In this document: one piece after another, positions 11,018-21,154 of the stretch
How positions within the stretch are numbered: position 1 is the first letter of the stretch
How the letters are laid out: each line of letters begins with the position of its first letter
The notes under the pieces: model-generated
The model's database searches: none
Told to the model about the DNA's origin: nothing
The model's input: only the letters and a program-made list of their open reading frames with translations
Made by a program: the position numbers and the translations under genes
From: Shigella phage KRT47
Length of the DNA stretch: 64,000 nt
Strand: one strand, 5' to 3'
Sequence record: MN781580

Positions 11018-12436
11018 TTATGGATAGGTATAGATGATACCAGTTTCTAAAGCAGTTTTATGAATGATGTATCCATTACGTGATTCTTGAACATCAACTT
11101 CTGGATAGTCTTTCATCATCTTCTGAAGGGTGTAACGATGCAGGTAGTATTTACTATCTGGATCTTCAGTTTTCCAATCTTTACCTTCTTCGGTCATTTT
11201 TTGGATTTCATCCATAACCCACCAACCGCACCAGATATAAGCCGAAGTACGATGTGGAAGAGGATGAACATAAGGCAATTCACCTTCTGGTTCTGGAGCA
11301 ACTTTATCAGTTACCTGAACTTGACCTTCTGCTGTGATAGTTTTGCTATCATAATCAGTAGCAGTAACAGTTGCAGTAACTTCAATAGTTTGACTTCCAA
11401 TAGATGATGTATCAACGGTGTATACATTAGTTGACCCTTCTACTGGAGAAGAATCTTTCTTCCATGAATATTCAATTTGAGCTTCTTCTGGAGCATCAGT
11501 GACATTAGCCGTAAATGTAGCCGAAGCATCTTGCTGAACGTTAATAGAAGGAGGAGTCAATGTAACCTGTGGATTCATTGTCTTCTTATTAACCGTTAAT
11601 GATACTTCATTAGAAGTAACTGTTTTTGGGTCATAATCTGTTGCTGTTACTTGGGCTACGCATTTAATTCTTTTTACTCCACTTGTAGTTGGAGTATAGC
11701 TAAATGTAGCAGAAGTTGCTTCACCAATTTGAGAATCATCTACATACCACTGATACGTAGCAGATGCTTCATCAGGTTGAGAAGCTAAGGCAGCAGTAAA
11801 TTGAACTGGGGTTCCGATAACTCCCGCTGGAGGACTATCAGGAGTTACTGCCAAAGTAGTTGTCTGCGTCTTTTTATTAACAGTCAGTGACACTTCATTA
11901 GAAGTAACTTCCTTTGCATCATAATCTGCCGCAGTTACTTGAGCTACACACTTAATTGTTTTAACTCCGCTTGTGTCAGGAGTGTAATTGAATGTAGCGT
12001 CAGTTGCTTCGCCCACAGGAGAACCGTCAACGTACCATTGATACGTAGCAGATGCGCTTGGTGGCTGTGAAGCTAAGGCAGCGGTAAATTCAATTGGAGT
12101 TCCAATCACTCCAGCATCAGGGCTACCAGGAGTTACTGCCAAAGTAGTTGTTTGTGTCTTATTTTGAACTGTGATAGTTGTACTAATTTCAGCTGTTTCG
12201 GGACTACTATCGGCAACTTGATTGGTTGCAACTACTTTAATAGTCTTTTGACCGGCAGGTCCTTTTAGTACATAACTAAAAGTTGCTTCAGCTCCATCTT
12301 GTGGAACATCGTCTACAGTCCAAGCATATGTAATAGGTCCATCTCCAGTTTGACCACTGGGTGTAGCAGTAAACTGCTGAGTCTGATCTATAACTCCAGT
12401 AGGTGTTTTAGGAGTTATATCAACTGTAAAAGCCAT
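11018..12436 (-). CDS. hoc: highly immunogenic outer capsid protein Hoc, 4 predicted Ig-like domains plus capsid-binding C-terminus
   Basis: 472 aa; C-terminal ~95 aa recognised as T4 Hoc capsid-binding region; N-terminal tandem Ig-like repeats. Confidence 0.9.
   Translation of the reverse strand: MAFTVDITPKTPTGVIDQTQQFTATPSGQTGDGPITYAWTVDDVPQDGAEATFSYVLKGPAGQKTIKVVATNQVADSSPETAEISTTITVQNKTQTTTLAVTPGSPDAGVIGTPIEFTAALASQPPSASATYQWYVDGSPVGEATDATFNYTPDTSGVKTIKCVAQVTAADYDAKEVTSNEVSLTVNKKTQTTTLAVTPDSPPAGVIGTPVQFTAALASQPDEASATYQWYVDDSQIGEATSATFSYTPTTSGVKRIKCVAQVTATDYDPKTVTSNEVSLTVNKKTMNPQVTLTPPSINVQQDASATFTANVTDAPEEAQIEYSWKKDSSPVEGSTNVYTVDTSSIGSQTIEVTATVTATDYDSKTITAEGQVQVTDKVAPEPEGELPYVHPLPHRTSAYIWCGWWVMDEIQKMTEEGKDWKTEDPDSKYYLHRYTLQKMMKDYPEVDVQESRNGYIIHKTALETGIIYTYP
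11585..12160 (-). repeat. tandem in-frame duplication (2 x 288 bp) inside hoc encoding two ~83% identical Ig-like domains
   Basis: Protein residues 93-188 and 189-284 align with 80 of 96 identities; DNA motif ACTTCATTAGAAGTAAC recurs at 11604 and 11892 (288-bp offset). Confidence 0.85.
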
Positions 12437-12445
12437 AAGTTATCC

Positions 12446-13126
12446 TTATTTTAATGTTACGAAAGAAGAATTACGTGTTTCACGAATTAGAACTGATCCG
12501 TCACGATTAATGTAGTAAATTAAGCTAAATAAAGTTTGGTGTGCCGACGCATGTTCAAAACTAGTTGGGTGAGATTTCCAATCAGGAGTTTCAGCAATCC
12601 ATTGATAAATCCACCAAGGAACAGTGCAGAATCCTGGATTTTTTCCAATCAGCTGAAGATTCGGACTAAAGTTTTCCGGAAGAGTAAATACAGACGGCTT
12701 TTCAGATTCAATAATCTCAGCTACAGCCTGTTCGAATTTTTCTTCAACAAAAGGAGTATCTTCAATTAAAACAGTGGTATTTTCAGGAATTTTATCCGTT
12801 TCTACTACTTCAATTTTAATGTCAGATTTAACCGGAGAATCAATCAGAAGTGCTGCCTCTGGATTGACTTCTTCATCGTCATATTTTAATCCGTCTGCAG
12901 CATCAGCAGCATCAATTAAGTCTTTAATAGATAACCCATCAGTCTCTGGCATAGGTTCACTAGCGAGCTTCTGGAGGGCTTCTTCAATATCAGCAACGAT
13001 ATTATCAAAAGATTTATTCTTTTTGACCTTTATACCAAACTGCTCAGCATATTCAGCTAATTTAGCTTTAGCTTCTTTGTTATCATCAAGAGCCTTCAGC
13101 TCTGCAATATAATCTTTATCTATCAT
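12446..13126 (-). CDS. inh: Inh, inhibitor of prohead protease gp21
   Basis: 226 aa, T4 Inh length and position between hoc and uvsW; GAGG SD. Confidence 0.8.
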   Translation of the reverse strand: MIDKDYIAELKALDDNKEAKAKLAEYAEQFGIKVKKNKSFDNIVADIEEALQKLASEPMPETDGLSIKDLIDAADAADGLKYDDEEVNPEAALLIDSPVKSDIKIEVVETDKIPENTTVLIEDTPFVEEKFEQAVAEIIESEKPSVFTLPENFSPNLQLIGKNPGFCTVPWWIYQWIAETPDWKSHPTSFEHASAHQTLFSLIYYINRDGSVLIRETRNSSFVTLK

Positions 13127-13139
13127 AATATTTCCTCAG

Positions 13140-13147
13140 TATAAATA
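13140..13147 (+). promoter_or_regulatory. T4-type late promoter TATAAATA upstream of uvsW
   Basis: Exact TATAAATA about 30 nt upstream of uvsW ATG. Confidence 0.55.
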
Positions 13148-13176
13148 TAGATATATTTATTACATGGTATTTAGAC

Positions 13177-14688
13177 ATGACTGACATTAAAGTACATTTT
13201 TATGATTTTAGTCACGTGAGAATTGATTGTGAAGAAAGTACATTTCATGAACTCCGTGATTTCTTTAGCTTTGAAGCTGATGGGTATCGTTTTAATCCGA
13301 AATACAAATATGGCCACTGGGATGGACGAATCCGTCTTTTAGATTATAATCGTCTTCTTCCATTCGGCTTAGTCGGGCAAATTAAAAAGTTCTGTGATAA
13401 CTTTGGCTATAAAGCCTGGATTGACCCACAAATTAACGAAAAAGAAGAATTATCAAGAAAAGATTTTGATGAATGGCTTTCTAAATTAGAAATCTATTCA
13501 GGAAATAAAAGAATTGAACCGCACTGGTATCAAAAAGATGCAGTGTTCGAAGGATTAGTTAATCGTCGTAGAATTCTTAATCTTCCAACATCCGCTGGTA
13601 AATCGTTAATTCAAGCTTTGCTTGCGCGATATTATTTGGAAAATTATGAAGGTAAAATTCTTATCATTGTTCCAACAACTGCTCTAACAACTCAGATGGC
13701 TGATGACTTCGTTGACTATCGTTTATTCAGTCATGCAATGATAAAGAAAATTGGTGGCGGAGCATCAAAAGATGATAAATATAAAAATGATGCACCAGTC
13801 GTTGTTGGTACATGGCAAACTGTAGTAAAACAACCGAAAGAATGGTTCTCACAGTTTGGAATGATGATGAATGATGAATGCCATCTTGCTACAGGAAAAA
13901 GTATTTCATCTATCATATCAGGTTTAAATAACTGCATGTTCAAATTTGGTCTATCTGGTTCATTACGTGATGGCAAAGCCAATATCATGCAGTATGTTGG
14001 AATGTTTGGTGAAATATTTAAGCCAGTAACGACTTCTAAGTTAATGGAAGATGGACAAGTAACTGAGCTAAAAATTAATAGTATTTTTCTTCGCTATCCC
14101 GATGAGTTCACTACTAAATTAAAGGGAAAAACTTATCAAGAAGAAATAAAAATTATTACGGGGCTTAGTAAAAGAAATAAATGGATCGCTAAATTAGCTA
14201 TTAAGCTTGCGCAAAAAGATGAAAACGCTTTTGTCATGTTTAAACATGTATCACATGGTAAAGCTATTTTCGATTTAATTAAAAATGAATACGATAAAGT
14301 TTATTACGTATCAGGGGAAGTTGATACCGAAACCCGCAATATAATGAAAACCTTAGCTGAAAATGGTAAAGGAATAATTATAGTAGCTAGTTATGGTGTA
14401 TTTTCTACTGGTATTTCAGTTAAAAATCTGCATCACGTTGTTTTAGCGCACGGTGTTAAATCAAAAATCATTGTATTACAAACAATCGGTCGTGTATTAC
14501 GTAAGCATGGTTCTAAGACAATAGCAACAGTCTGGGACCTCATAGATGATTGTGGTGTTAAGCCAAAATCTGCTAATACTAAAAAGAAATATGTTCATTT
14601 GAACTATCTTTTAAAACACGGCATTGATCGTATTCAGCGCTACGCAGATGAAAAATTTAATTACGTAATGAAAACAGTTAATTTATAA
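13177..14688 (+). CDS. uvsW: UvsW DNA/RNA helicase (SF2)
   Basis: 503 aa; Walker A PTSAGKS and DECH box; recognised T4 UvsW. Confidence 0.93.
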   Translation: MTDIKVHFYDFSHVRIDCEESTFHELRDFFSFEADGYRFNPKYKYGHWDGRIRLLDYNRLLPFGLVGQIKKFCDNFGYKAWIDPQINEKEELSRKDFDEWLSKLEIYSGNKRIEPHWYQKDAVFEGLVNRRRILNLPTSAGKSLIQALLARYYLENYEGKILIIVPTTALTTQMADDFVDYRLFSHAMIKKIGGGASKDDKYKNDAPVVVGTWQTVVKQPKEWFSQFGMMMNDECHLATGKSISSIISGLNNCMFKFGLSGSLRDGKANIMQYVGMFGEIFKPVTTSKLMEDGQVTELKINSIFLRYPDEFTTKLKGKTYQEEIKIITGLSKRNKWIAKLAIKLAQKDENAFVMFKHVSHGKAIFDLIKNEYDKVYYVSGEVDTETRNIMKTLAENGKGIIIVASYGVFSTGISVKNLHHVVLAHGVKSKIIVLQTIGRVLRKHGSKTIATVWDLIDDCGVKPKSANTKKKYVHLNYLLKHGIDRIQRYADEKFNYVMKTVNL

Positions 14689-14700
14689 GGGCTTCGGCCC
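14689..14700 (+). terminator. hairpin GGGC-TTCG-GCCC after uvsW
   Basis: UUCG-loop hairpin immediately after stop; overlaps uvsW.1 leader. Confidence 0.4.
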
Positions 14701-14713
14701 TTTGGAGAAAAAG

Positions 14714-14944
14714 ATGTTACTAGAATTTAAACAATTTCTTTATGAAGCTTCTATTGATGAATTTATGGGTAAAATTGCCTCTTGTCAAACATTAGAAGGT
14801 TTAGAAGAACTTGAAGCTTATTATAAGAAAAGAGTTAAAGAAACTGAATTAAAAGATACTGATGACATCTCTGTGAGAGATGCTTTGGCAGGAAAAAGAG
14901 CTGAATTAGAAGATTCAGACAATGAAGTAGAAGAAAGCTTTTAA
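14714..14944 (+). CDS. uvsW.1: UvsW.1 small protein
   Basis: Track ORF 14702..14944 starts at TTG; ATG 14714 with GGAG SD gives 76 aa as in T4 UvsW.1. Confidence 0.75.
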   Translation: MLLEFKQFLYEASIDEFMGKIASCQTLEGLEELEAYYKKRVKETELKDTDDISVRDALAGKRAELEDSDNEVEESF

Positions 14945-14953
14945 ATTAAAAAA

Positions 14954-14976
14954 GGCCCAACCAAAAAGGAAGGGCC
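14954..14976. terminator. hairpin GGCCC...GGGCC between convergent uvsW.1 and minus-strand small ORF
   Basis: 5-bp GC stem with 13-nt A-rich loop, A/T runs on both sides. Confidence 0.4.
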
Positions 14977-14999
14977 AAAACTATAGACTAAAGGTCACA

Positions 15000-15167
15000 C
15001 TATAGCAAAAGTTGTGTTTCATTTAATTGTTCTTCCGAACTTTCTGAAACTGGTAGTTCTTTAATGTAATTATAACAAGGCCCAGGATGTACAGGACCTT
15101 TGTCTGTTTCAACAACCAATGCAGAATCGATTGGAGTTTTACAGACAACACAAATCTTATCTGACAT
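15000..15167 (-). CDS. small Cys-containing protein (uvsY.-2-like position), 55 aa
   Basis: Hand-translated ORF absent from track: MSDKICVVCKTPIDS...GPCYNY...; ATG at 15165-15167, stop at 15000-15002; CxxC plus C. Confidence 0.5.
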   Translation of the reverse strand: MSDKICVVCKTPIDSALVVETDKGPVHPGPCYNYIKELPVSESSEEQLNETQLLL

Positions 15168-15195
15168 GATTGTCTCCTCTAAATTATATATCTAT

Positions 15196-15420
15196 TTATA
15201 TAACTCTCATATGCATATCAATGCCCATATCTTTAGAATAAAAATATTCATCAAGATATCCGGAAAATTTTCCTTTAACATAAAGTACATCTTCACCGCA
15301 TGGATGGTCGGCCAGGATACGAATATCCTGACGCTTGAGATTATACTTTTTCATTAAGAATTGAATTTCCGTTTCGAATTCTTCTTCATAATTAAAAGCA
15401 TCATCAATGCTATATCTCAT
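15196..15420 (-). CDS. hypothetical protein (uvsY.-1-like position)
   Basis: 74 aa ORF directly downstream of uvsY on minus strand. Confidence 0.6.
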   Translation of the reverse strand: MRYSIDDAFNYEEEFETEIQFLMKKYNLKRQDIRILADHPCGEDVLYVKGKFSGYLDEYFYSKDMGIDMHMRVI

Positions 15421-15833
15421 TATTTTCCAGCCTCAAATGCTCGCATGTCTTGAATATGCTTAATAGCAAATCCGCGTGATTTAATAGCATCAAGAGCTCC
15501 GCTACAGAAATCTAATAAAATTCCCCAATATTGTAATGAAGTATCAACTTTTAAAACATCCTTATCAGCTGATAGAACTGTCTTCATTTCTGATTTCTCA
15601 TAACGGTCCATACTAAATTCATCACCATCTCCTCGTCCCGAGTAGTAGTCTAATTTAGCTTTAAGAGCAACTTTTTTCTGTGCATCAATTCTAAGCATTT
15701 CCTTTTTAATACTTGAATGCTTATTAAGCCATTTACTATATAACATCACATTATTAGCTGCTTCATACTGTAATTTAGTCGAATCTATAAACACATCTTT
15801 CTTCAATTCTTCTTGAAGATCTTCTAATCTCAT
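15420..15833 (-). CDS. uvsY: UvsY recombination mediator protein
   Basis: 137 aa, T4 UvsY length; recognised sequence. Confidence 0.92.
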   Translation of the reverse strand: MRLEDLQEELKKDVFIDSTKLQYEAANNVMLYSKWLNKHSSIKKEMLRIDAQKKVALKAKLDYYSGRGDGDEFSMDRYEKSEMKTVLSADKDVLKVDTSLQYWGILLDFCSGALDAIKSRGFAIKHIQDMRAFEAGK

Positions 15834-15873
15834 ATTGTTCTCTATTCAATTGTTATTGGATGGACTTAGATTC

Positions 15874-15899
15874 ATTATACCACGTTTATACGTGAAGCA
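15874..15899 (-). promoter_or_regulatory. MotA-dependent middle promoter-like element upstream of uvsY
   Basis: Minus-strand sense aTGCTTCA (MotA box) then TATAAT 13 nt downstream; TGGTATAAT extended -10. Confidence 0.55.
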
Positions 15900-16298
15900 T
15901 TATACTCTGTTACTGGAAGCCAGTTGTAGTTTTATCTGTTCAATATCATCAGGGTTATCGATGACCGAAAAGCGTATTTCTACTATCAGAGTATAATCAT
16001 CATAAACCGGTATTACATTAACTGCTAATTTATCAATACGTGGCTCGTAGTTTCTTACTGCGCTTTCAATGTTACGCTCAACAGTATCAGCAGTAAGAGG
16101 AGTCATATTCTCAAAAAGCTGATCAGATAAATCGCATCCAAATTCTGGGTCAAATGGCCTTGACCCTTTCCTGGTTGTAATAATTCCCAAAAGGCTATTT
16201 TTAATTGACCTTAATCCAAGAGATCTGGAAACGTCTTTGTCCCAATCCATTTTCATTTCTGGGTCAATGTCAGAATAAAGCTTATTAATATTTGCCAT
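15900..16298 (-). CDS. 25: baseplate wedge protein gp25
   Basis: 132 aa, T4 gp25 length; recognised. Confidence 0.92.
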   Translation of the reverse strand: MANINKLYSDIDPEMKMDWDKDVSRSLGLRSIKNSLLGIITTRKGSRPFDPEFGCDLSDQLFENMTPLTADTVERNIESAVRNYEPRIDKLAVNVIPVYDDYTLIVEIRFSVIDNPDDIEQIKLQLASSNRV

Positions 16299-16924
16299 TA
16301 CAATAGCTCAAAGAATTCTTTGAGTCCTCTTATTACATGAGCGTGAGTTTTTCCACACTCTGGACATTTAATTGGAACAGCCAAATAAACAGTAGGCTTT
16401 AAAAGCATATCTTTTATAGCTACAATATCTGACTCTGTGATGATAGAATATAAATCTTCCAACTCTTTTTCATTTAAGTCTTCAATTGGAATGCTTTCAC
16501 CGTTAGCATGAATCGTTTCTATACATGATACTATCATGTGGGCTATATTTTTATCATCAAAAATTTTAGGGTAATGGAACTTAATTTTAATGTCACCCAG
16601 TGTATACCAGAGGTCTTCTGGTGCATCTATTTGTGTATGTAATAGATTTATATGGGTTGGTATTTCAGTTCCGCAGGTGCACTTCCAGGAGTTTTCGTGA
16701 TTAACTTCTCCAAGAGAATGTGCCCATAAATGAATCAATAGTAGTTCTGATTCTTGGCGGTTTAAATCTTTTGCATTTGTGCATTCTTTAATTAGCTTTT
16801 TAACGATCTCTTCTACTGAACCGTTCTTTTTAGCAGTAATAAGTTCTAGATATTCTTTAAGAGTAAATGCGCGACAGTTGATTATTTTAGAACCAACTCT
16901 CACATCAAATTTGTATTCATACAT
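16298..16924 (-). CDS. 26: baseplate hub protein gp26
   Basis: 208 aa; Cys-rich motifs; synteny 25-26-51. Confidence 0.9.
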   Translation of the reverse strand: MYEYKFDVRVGSKIINCRAFTLKEYLELITAKKNGSVEEIVKKLIKECTNAKDLNRQESELLLIHLWAHSLGEVNHENSWKCTCGTEIPTHINLLHTQIDAPEDLWYTLGDIKIKFHYPKIFDDKNIAHMIVSCIETIHANGESIPIEDLNEKELEDLYSIITESDIVAIKDMLLKPTVYLAVPIKCPECGKTHAHVIRGLKEFFELL

Positions 16925-16945
16925 ATTTAGCTCCTTTATTTATCA

Positions 16946-16957
16946 TATTTATAAATA
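16946..16957. promoter_or_regulatory. divergent overlapping late promoters (TATAAATA on both strands) between genes 26 and 51
   Basis: ATATTTATAAATAG gives TATAAATA on + (16950-16957) and on - (16946-16953) in the 50-bp gap. Confidence 0.6.
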
Positions 16958-16974
16958 GAATAAAAGGAGCATCT

Positions 16975-17724
16975 ATGGCAAACATTATTCGTTGTAAATT
17001 ACCAGATGGTGTTCATCGTTTTAAACCATTTACGGTAGAAGATTATCGAGATTTTTTGTTAGTTCGAAACGATATAGAACATCGGTCACCACAAGAACAA
17101 AAAGAAATAATTGCTGATTTAATTGCTGATTATTTTGGAGACTATCCGAAGACTTGGCAACCATTTATATTTTTGCAGGTATTTGTAGGGTCAATAGGTA
17201 AAACTAAAGTACCAGTCACATTTGTGTGTCCAAAATGTAAAAAAGAAAAGACAGTTCCATTTGAAATATATCAAAAAGAATTAAAGGAACCTGTTTTTGA
17301 TGTAGCTAATGTTAAAATTAAATTAAAGTTTCCTTCTGAGTTTTATGAAAATAAAGCAAAGATGATTACTGAAAATATTCATTCCGTTCAAGTAGATGAA
17401 ATGTGGTATGATTGGAAGGAAATTAGCGAATCGAGTCAAATAGAACTTGTTGATGCCATCGAGATAGAAACATTAGAAAAAATTCTCGATGCAATGAATC
17501 CTATTAATTTAACATTGCATATGTCGTGTTGTAATAAGTATGTAAAAAAATACACTGATATAGTAGATGTGTTTAAGCTATTAGTTAACCCAGATGAAAT
17601 ATTTACTTTTTATCAAATCAATCACACGCTCGTAAAAAGTAATTATAGCTTAAATTCAATAATGAAAATGATTCCTGCTGAGCGCGGATTCGTATTAAAA
17701 CTGATTGAGAAGGATAAACAATAA
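16975..17724 (+). CDS. 51: baseplate hub assembly catalyst gp51
   Basis: 249 aa, T4 gp51 length; synteny. Confidence 0.9.
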   Translation: MANIIRCKLPDGVHRFKPFTVEDYRDFLLVRNDIEHRSPQEQKEIIADLIADYFGDYPKTWQPFIFLQVFVGSIGKTKVPVTFVCPKCKKEKTVPFEIYQKELKEPVFDVANVKIKLKFPSEFYENKAKMITENIHSVQVDEMWYDWKEISESSQIELVDAIEIETLEKILDAMNPINLTLHMSCCNKYVKKYTDIVDVFKLLVNPDEIFTFYQINHTLVKSNYSLNSIMKMIPAERGFVLKLIEKDKQ

Positions 17725-18899
17725 TGAGTATGTTGCAACGCCCCGGATATCCAAATCTCAGCGTTAAATTATTTGATAGCTACGACGCTTGGAGTAATAA
17801 TAGATTTGTTGAATTAGCTGCTACTATTACTACATTAACTATGCGGGATTCTCTTTATGGCCGAAATGAAGGAATGCTACAGTTTTATGATTCTAAAAAC
17901 ATCCATACAAAAATGGATGGAAATGAAATAATTCAGATTTCTGTAGCTAATGCAAACGATATTAATAATGTTAAAACACGAATTTATGGATGTAAGCATT
18001 TTTCCGTGTCAGTAGATTCAAAAGGCGATAACATCATTGCTATTGAATTGGGAACTATTCATTCTATAGAAAATCTTAAATTTGGTAGACCATTTTTCCC
18101 TGATGCAGGTGAATCTATAAAAGAAATGCTTGGTGTCATTTATCAAGATCGCACATTATTAACTCCAGCAATAAATGCTATAAATGCTTATGTTCCTGAT
18201 ATTCCATGGACTAGCACATTTGAAAACTATTTGTCATATGTAAGAGAAGTTGCTCTAGCTGTAGGAAGCGACAAATTTGTATTTGTATGGCAAGACATCA
18301 TGGGAGTTAACATGATGGACTATGATATGATGATAAATCAAGAACCATACCCAATGATTGTCGGTGAGCCATCTTTAATAGGTCAATTCATCCAAGAATT
18401 AAAATATCCATTAGCATATGATTTCGTTTGGTTGACTAAATCGAATCCTCACAAACGTGACCCAATGAAAAATGCTACTATCTATGCTCATTCATTTTTA
18501 GATTCTTCACTGCCAATGATTACTACAGGAAAGGGCGAAAACTCTATTGTGGTGTCAAGGTCAGGTGCTTATTCTGAAATGACTTATAGGAATGGATATG
18601 AAGAAGCTATTCGTCTTCAAACTATGGCACAATATGACGGCTATGCTAAATGTTCTACTGTCGGTAATTTTAACTTGACTCCTGGTGTTAAAATTATTTT
18701 TAATGATAGTAAAAACCAATTTAAAACAGAATTTTACGTTGATGAAGTTATCCATGAATTATCAAATAATAATTCAGTAACTCATCTATATATGTTCACT
18801 AATGCAACGAAACTGGAAACAATAGACCCAGTTAAGGTTAAAAATGAATTTAAATCTGATACTACCACTGAAGAAAGTAGTTCTTCCAATAAGCAATAA
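17724..18899 (+). CDS. 27: baseplate hub subunit gp27
   Basis: 391 aa, T4 gp27 length; ATGA coupling with gene 51. Confidence 0.92.
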   Translation: MSMLQRPGYPNLSVKLFDSYDAWSNNRFVELAATITTLTMRDSLYGRNEGMLQFYDSKNIHTKMDGNEIIQISVANANDINNVKTRIYGCKHFSVSVDSKGDNIIAIELGTIHSIENLKFGRPFFPDAGESIKEMLGVIYQDRTLLTPAINAINAYVPDIPWTSTFENYLSYVREVALAVGSDKFVFVWQDIMGVNMMDYDMMINQEPYPMIVGEPSLIGQFIQELKYPLAYDFVWLTKSNPHKRDPMKNATIYAHSFLDSSLPMITTGKGENSIVVSRSGAYSEMTYRNGYEEAIRLQTMAQYDGYAKCSTVGNFNLTPGVKIIFNDSKNQFKTEFYVDEVIHELSNNNSVTHLYMFTNATKLETIDPVKVKNEFKSDTTTEESSSSNKQ

Positions 18900-19377
18900 A
18901 GAAGTTTCTATTCCTAAAATGGGTCTTAAACATTATAACATTTTAAAAGATGTTAAAGGTCCTGATGAAAATTTAAAACTTCTTATTGATTCTATTTGTC
19001 CGAATTTGTCACCAGCAGAAGTTGATTTCGTTTCTATTCATTTATTGGAATTTAATGGAAAGATTAAATCTCGTAAAGAAATAGATGGTTATACTTATGA
19101 CATTAATGATGTTTATGTATGCCAAAGATTAGAATTTCAATACCAAGGAAATACATTTTATTTTAGACCTCCTGGAAAATTTGAACAATTTTTAACGGTG
19201 AGCGATATGTTATCTAAATGCTTGCTTAAGGTCAACGATGAAGTTAAAGAAATTAATTTTCTTGAGATGCCAGCATTCGTTTTAAAATGGGCAAATGATA
19301 TTTTTACAACTTTAGCAATTCCTGGCCCTAATGGTCCAATAACTGGAATTGGCAATATTATTGGATTATTTGAATGA
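18844..19377 (+). CDS. 28: baseplate hub distal subunit gp28
   Basis: 177 aa; start overlaps 3' end of gene 27 in another frame. Confidence 0.85.
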   Translation: MNLNLILPLKKVVLPISNKEVSIPKMGLKHYNILKDVKGPDENLKLLIDSICPNLSPAEVDFVSIHLLEFNGKIKSRKEIDGYTYDINDVYVCQRLEFQYQGNTFYFRPPGKFEQFLTVSDMLSKCLLKVNDEVKEINFLEMPAFVLKWANDIFTTLAIPGPNGPITGIGNIIGLFE

Positions 19378-21146
19378 AAAAGCCACAAGAAATGCAAACG
19401 ATGCGTAGAAAAGTTATTTCAGATAATAAACCAACACAGGAAGCGGCTAAATCCGCTTCCAACACTTTATCTGGACTTAATGATATATCTACGAAATTGG
19501 ATGATGCTCAAGCTGCTTCTGAATTAATAGCTCAAACTGTCGAAGAAAAATCGAATGAAATAGTTGGAGCAATTGGTAACGTAGAAAGCGCAGTGAGTGA
19601 TACTACTGCTGGTTCTGAGTTAATTGCTGAAACTGTCGAAATTGGCAACAATATTAATAAAGAAATCGGTGAATCACTCGGAAGCAAATTAGATAAATTA
19701 ACAAGTTTACTAGAGCAAAAAATCCAGACAGCTGGAATTCAACAAACAGGAACTAGTTTAGCTACGGTTGAAAGCGCTATTCCTGTTAAAGTTGTTGAGG
19801 ACGATACAGCTGAATCTGTGGGTCCTTTATTACCGGCTCCTGAAGCAGTTAATAATGATCCTGATGCTGATTTTTTCCCTACCCCTCAGCCAGTTGAACC
19901 TAAACAAGAATCGCCAGAAGAAAAACAGAAAAAAGACGCATTTAACTTAAAATTATCTCAAGCTTTAGATAAATTAACAAAGACTGTTGATTTCGGATTT
20001 AAGAAATCTATTTCAATTACTGATAAAATATCAAGCATGCTATTTAAGTATACAGTCAGTGCTGCTATTGAAGCTGCTAAAATGACTGCAATGATATTGG
20101 CTGTTGTTGTCGGAATAGACCTGCTGATGGTTCATTTCAAATATTGGTCAGATAAATTTTCACAGGCTTGGGATTTGTTTAGTACAGACTTTACTAAATT
20201 CTCTAGCGAAACCGGAACATGGGGCCCTTTATTACAGAGCATCTTTAGTTCTATTGATAAAATTAAGAAGCTGTGGGAAGCTGGAGATTGGGGCGGATTG
20301 ACAGCAGCTATTGTAGAAGGGCTTGGAAAGGTTCTTTTTAATTTAGGAGAGCTTATTCAACTTGGAATGGCTAAATTATCTGCTGCAATTCTTCGAGTCA
20401 TTCCTGGCATGAAAGACACTGCTGACGAAGTAGAAGGAAGAGCACTAGAAAATTTCCAAAACACTACAAATGCTTCTCTTAGCAAAGAAGACCAAGAAAA
20501 AGTTGCAAATTATCAATATAAAAGAATGAATGGCGATCTTGGTCCAATAGCAAAAGGACTAGACAAAATTGCGAACTGGAAAACTCGTGCATCTAACTGG
20601 ATTCGTGGTGTTGATAATAAAGAAGCACTAACGACTGATGAAGAGAGAGCAGAGGAAGAAGAAAAATTAAAGCAACTTTCTCCGGAGGAAGCTAAAATTG
20701 CTTTAATGAAAGCTAATGAAGCTCGCGCTGCTATGAATCGTTTTGATGAATATGCTAATTCAGCTGATATGAGTAAAGACTCAACGGTTAAATCAGTTGA
20801 AGCTGCCTATGAAGACCTTAAAAAACGGATGGATGACCCGGATTTAAATAATTCACCGGCAGTTAAAAAAGAACTTGCTGCTAGATTTTCTAAAATTGAT
20901 GCTACTTATCAAGAGCTCAAGAAAAATCAGCCTAATGCCAAACCTGAAACTTCTGCTAAATCACCAGAAGCAAAACAAGTCCAGGTAATAGAAAAGAACA
21001 AAGCACAACAAGCTCCTGTTCAACAGGCATCTCCTTCGATCAATAATACTAATAATGTTATTAAGAAAAATACTGTCGTTCATAATATGACACCTGTCAC
21101 AAGCACAACTGCTCCTGGTGTATTTGATGCGACTGGGGTTAATTAA
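19374..21146 (+). CDS. 29: baseplate hub subunit / tail length determinator gp29
   Basis: 590 aa, T4 gp29 length; coiled-coil-rich. Confidence 0.92.
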   Translation: MKKPQEMQTMRRKVISDNKPTQEAAKSASNTLSGLNDISTKLDDAQAASELIAQTVEEKSNEIVGAIGNVESAVSDTTAGSELIAETVEIGNNINKEIGESLGSKLDKLTSLLEQKIQTAGIQQTGTSLATVESAIPVKVVEDDTAESVGPLLPAPEAVNNDPDADFFPTPQPVEPKQESPEEKQKKDAFNLKLSQALDKLTKTVDFGFKKSISITDKISSMLFKYTVSAAIEAAKMTAMILAVVVGIDLLMVHFKYWSDKFSQAWDLFSTDFTKFSSETGTWGPLLQSIFSSIDKIKKLWEAGDWGGLTAAIVEGLGKVLFNLGELIQLGMAKLSAAILRVIPGMKDTADEVEGRALENFQNTTNASLSKEDQEKVANYQYKRMNGDLGPIAKGLDKIANWKTRASNWIRGVDNKEALTTDEERAEEEEKLKQLSPEEAKIALMKANEARAAMNRFDEYANSADMSKDSTVKSVEAAYEDLKKRMDDPDLNNSPAVKKELAARFSKIDATYQELKKNQPNAKPETSAKSPEAKQVQVIEKNKAQQAPVQQASPSINNTNNVIKKNTVVHNMTPVTSTTAPGVFDATGVN

Positions 21147-21154
21147 GGAATAAT

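Noticed and set aside
11087-11407. 106-aa plus-strand ORF inside hoc (also 12536-13112 inside inh)
   Set aside because: Nested antisense frames within recognised genes, no ribosome-binding sites.
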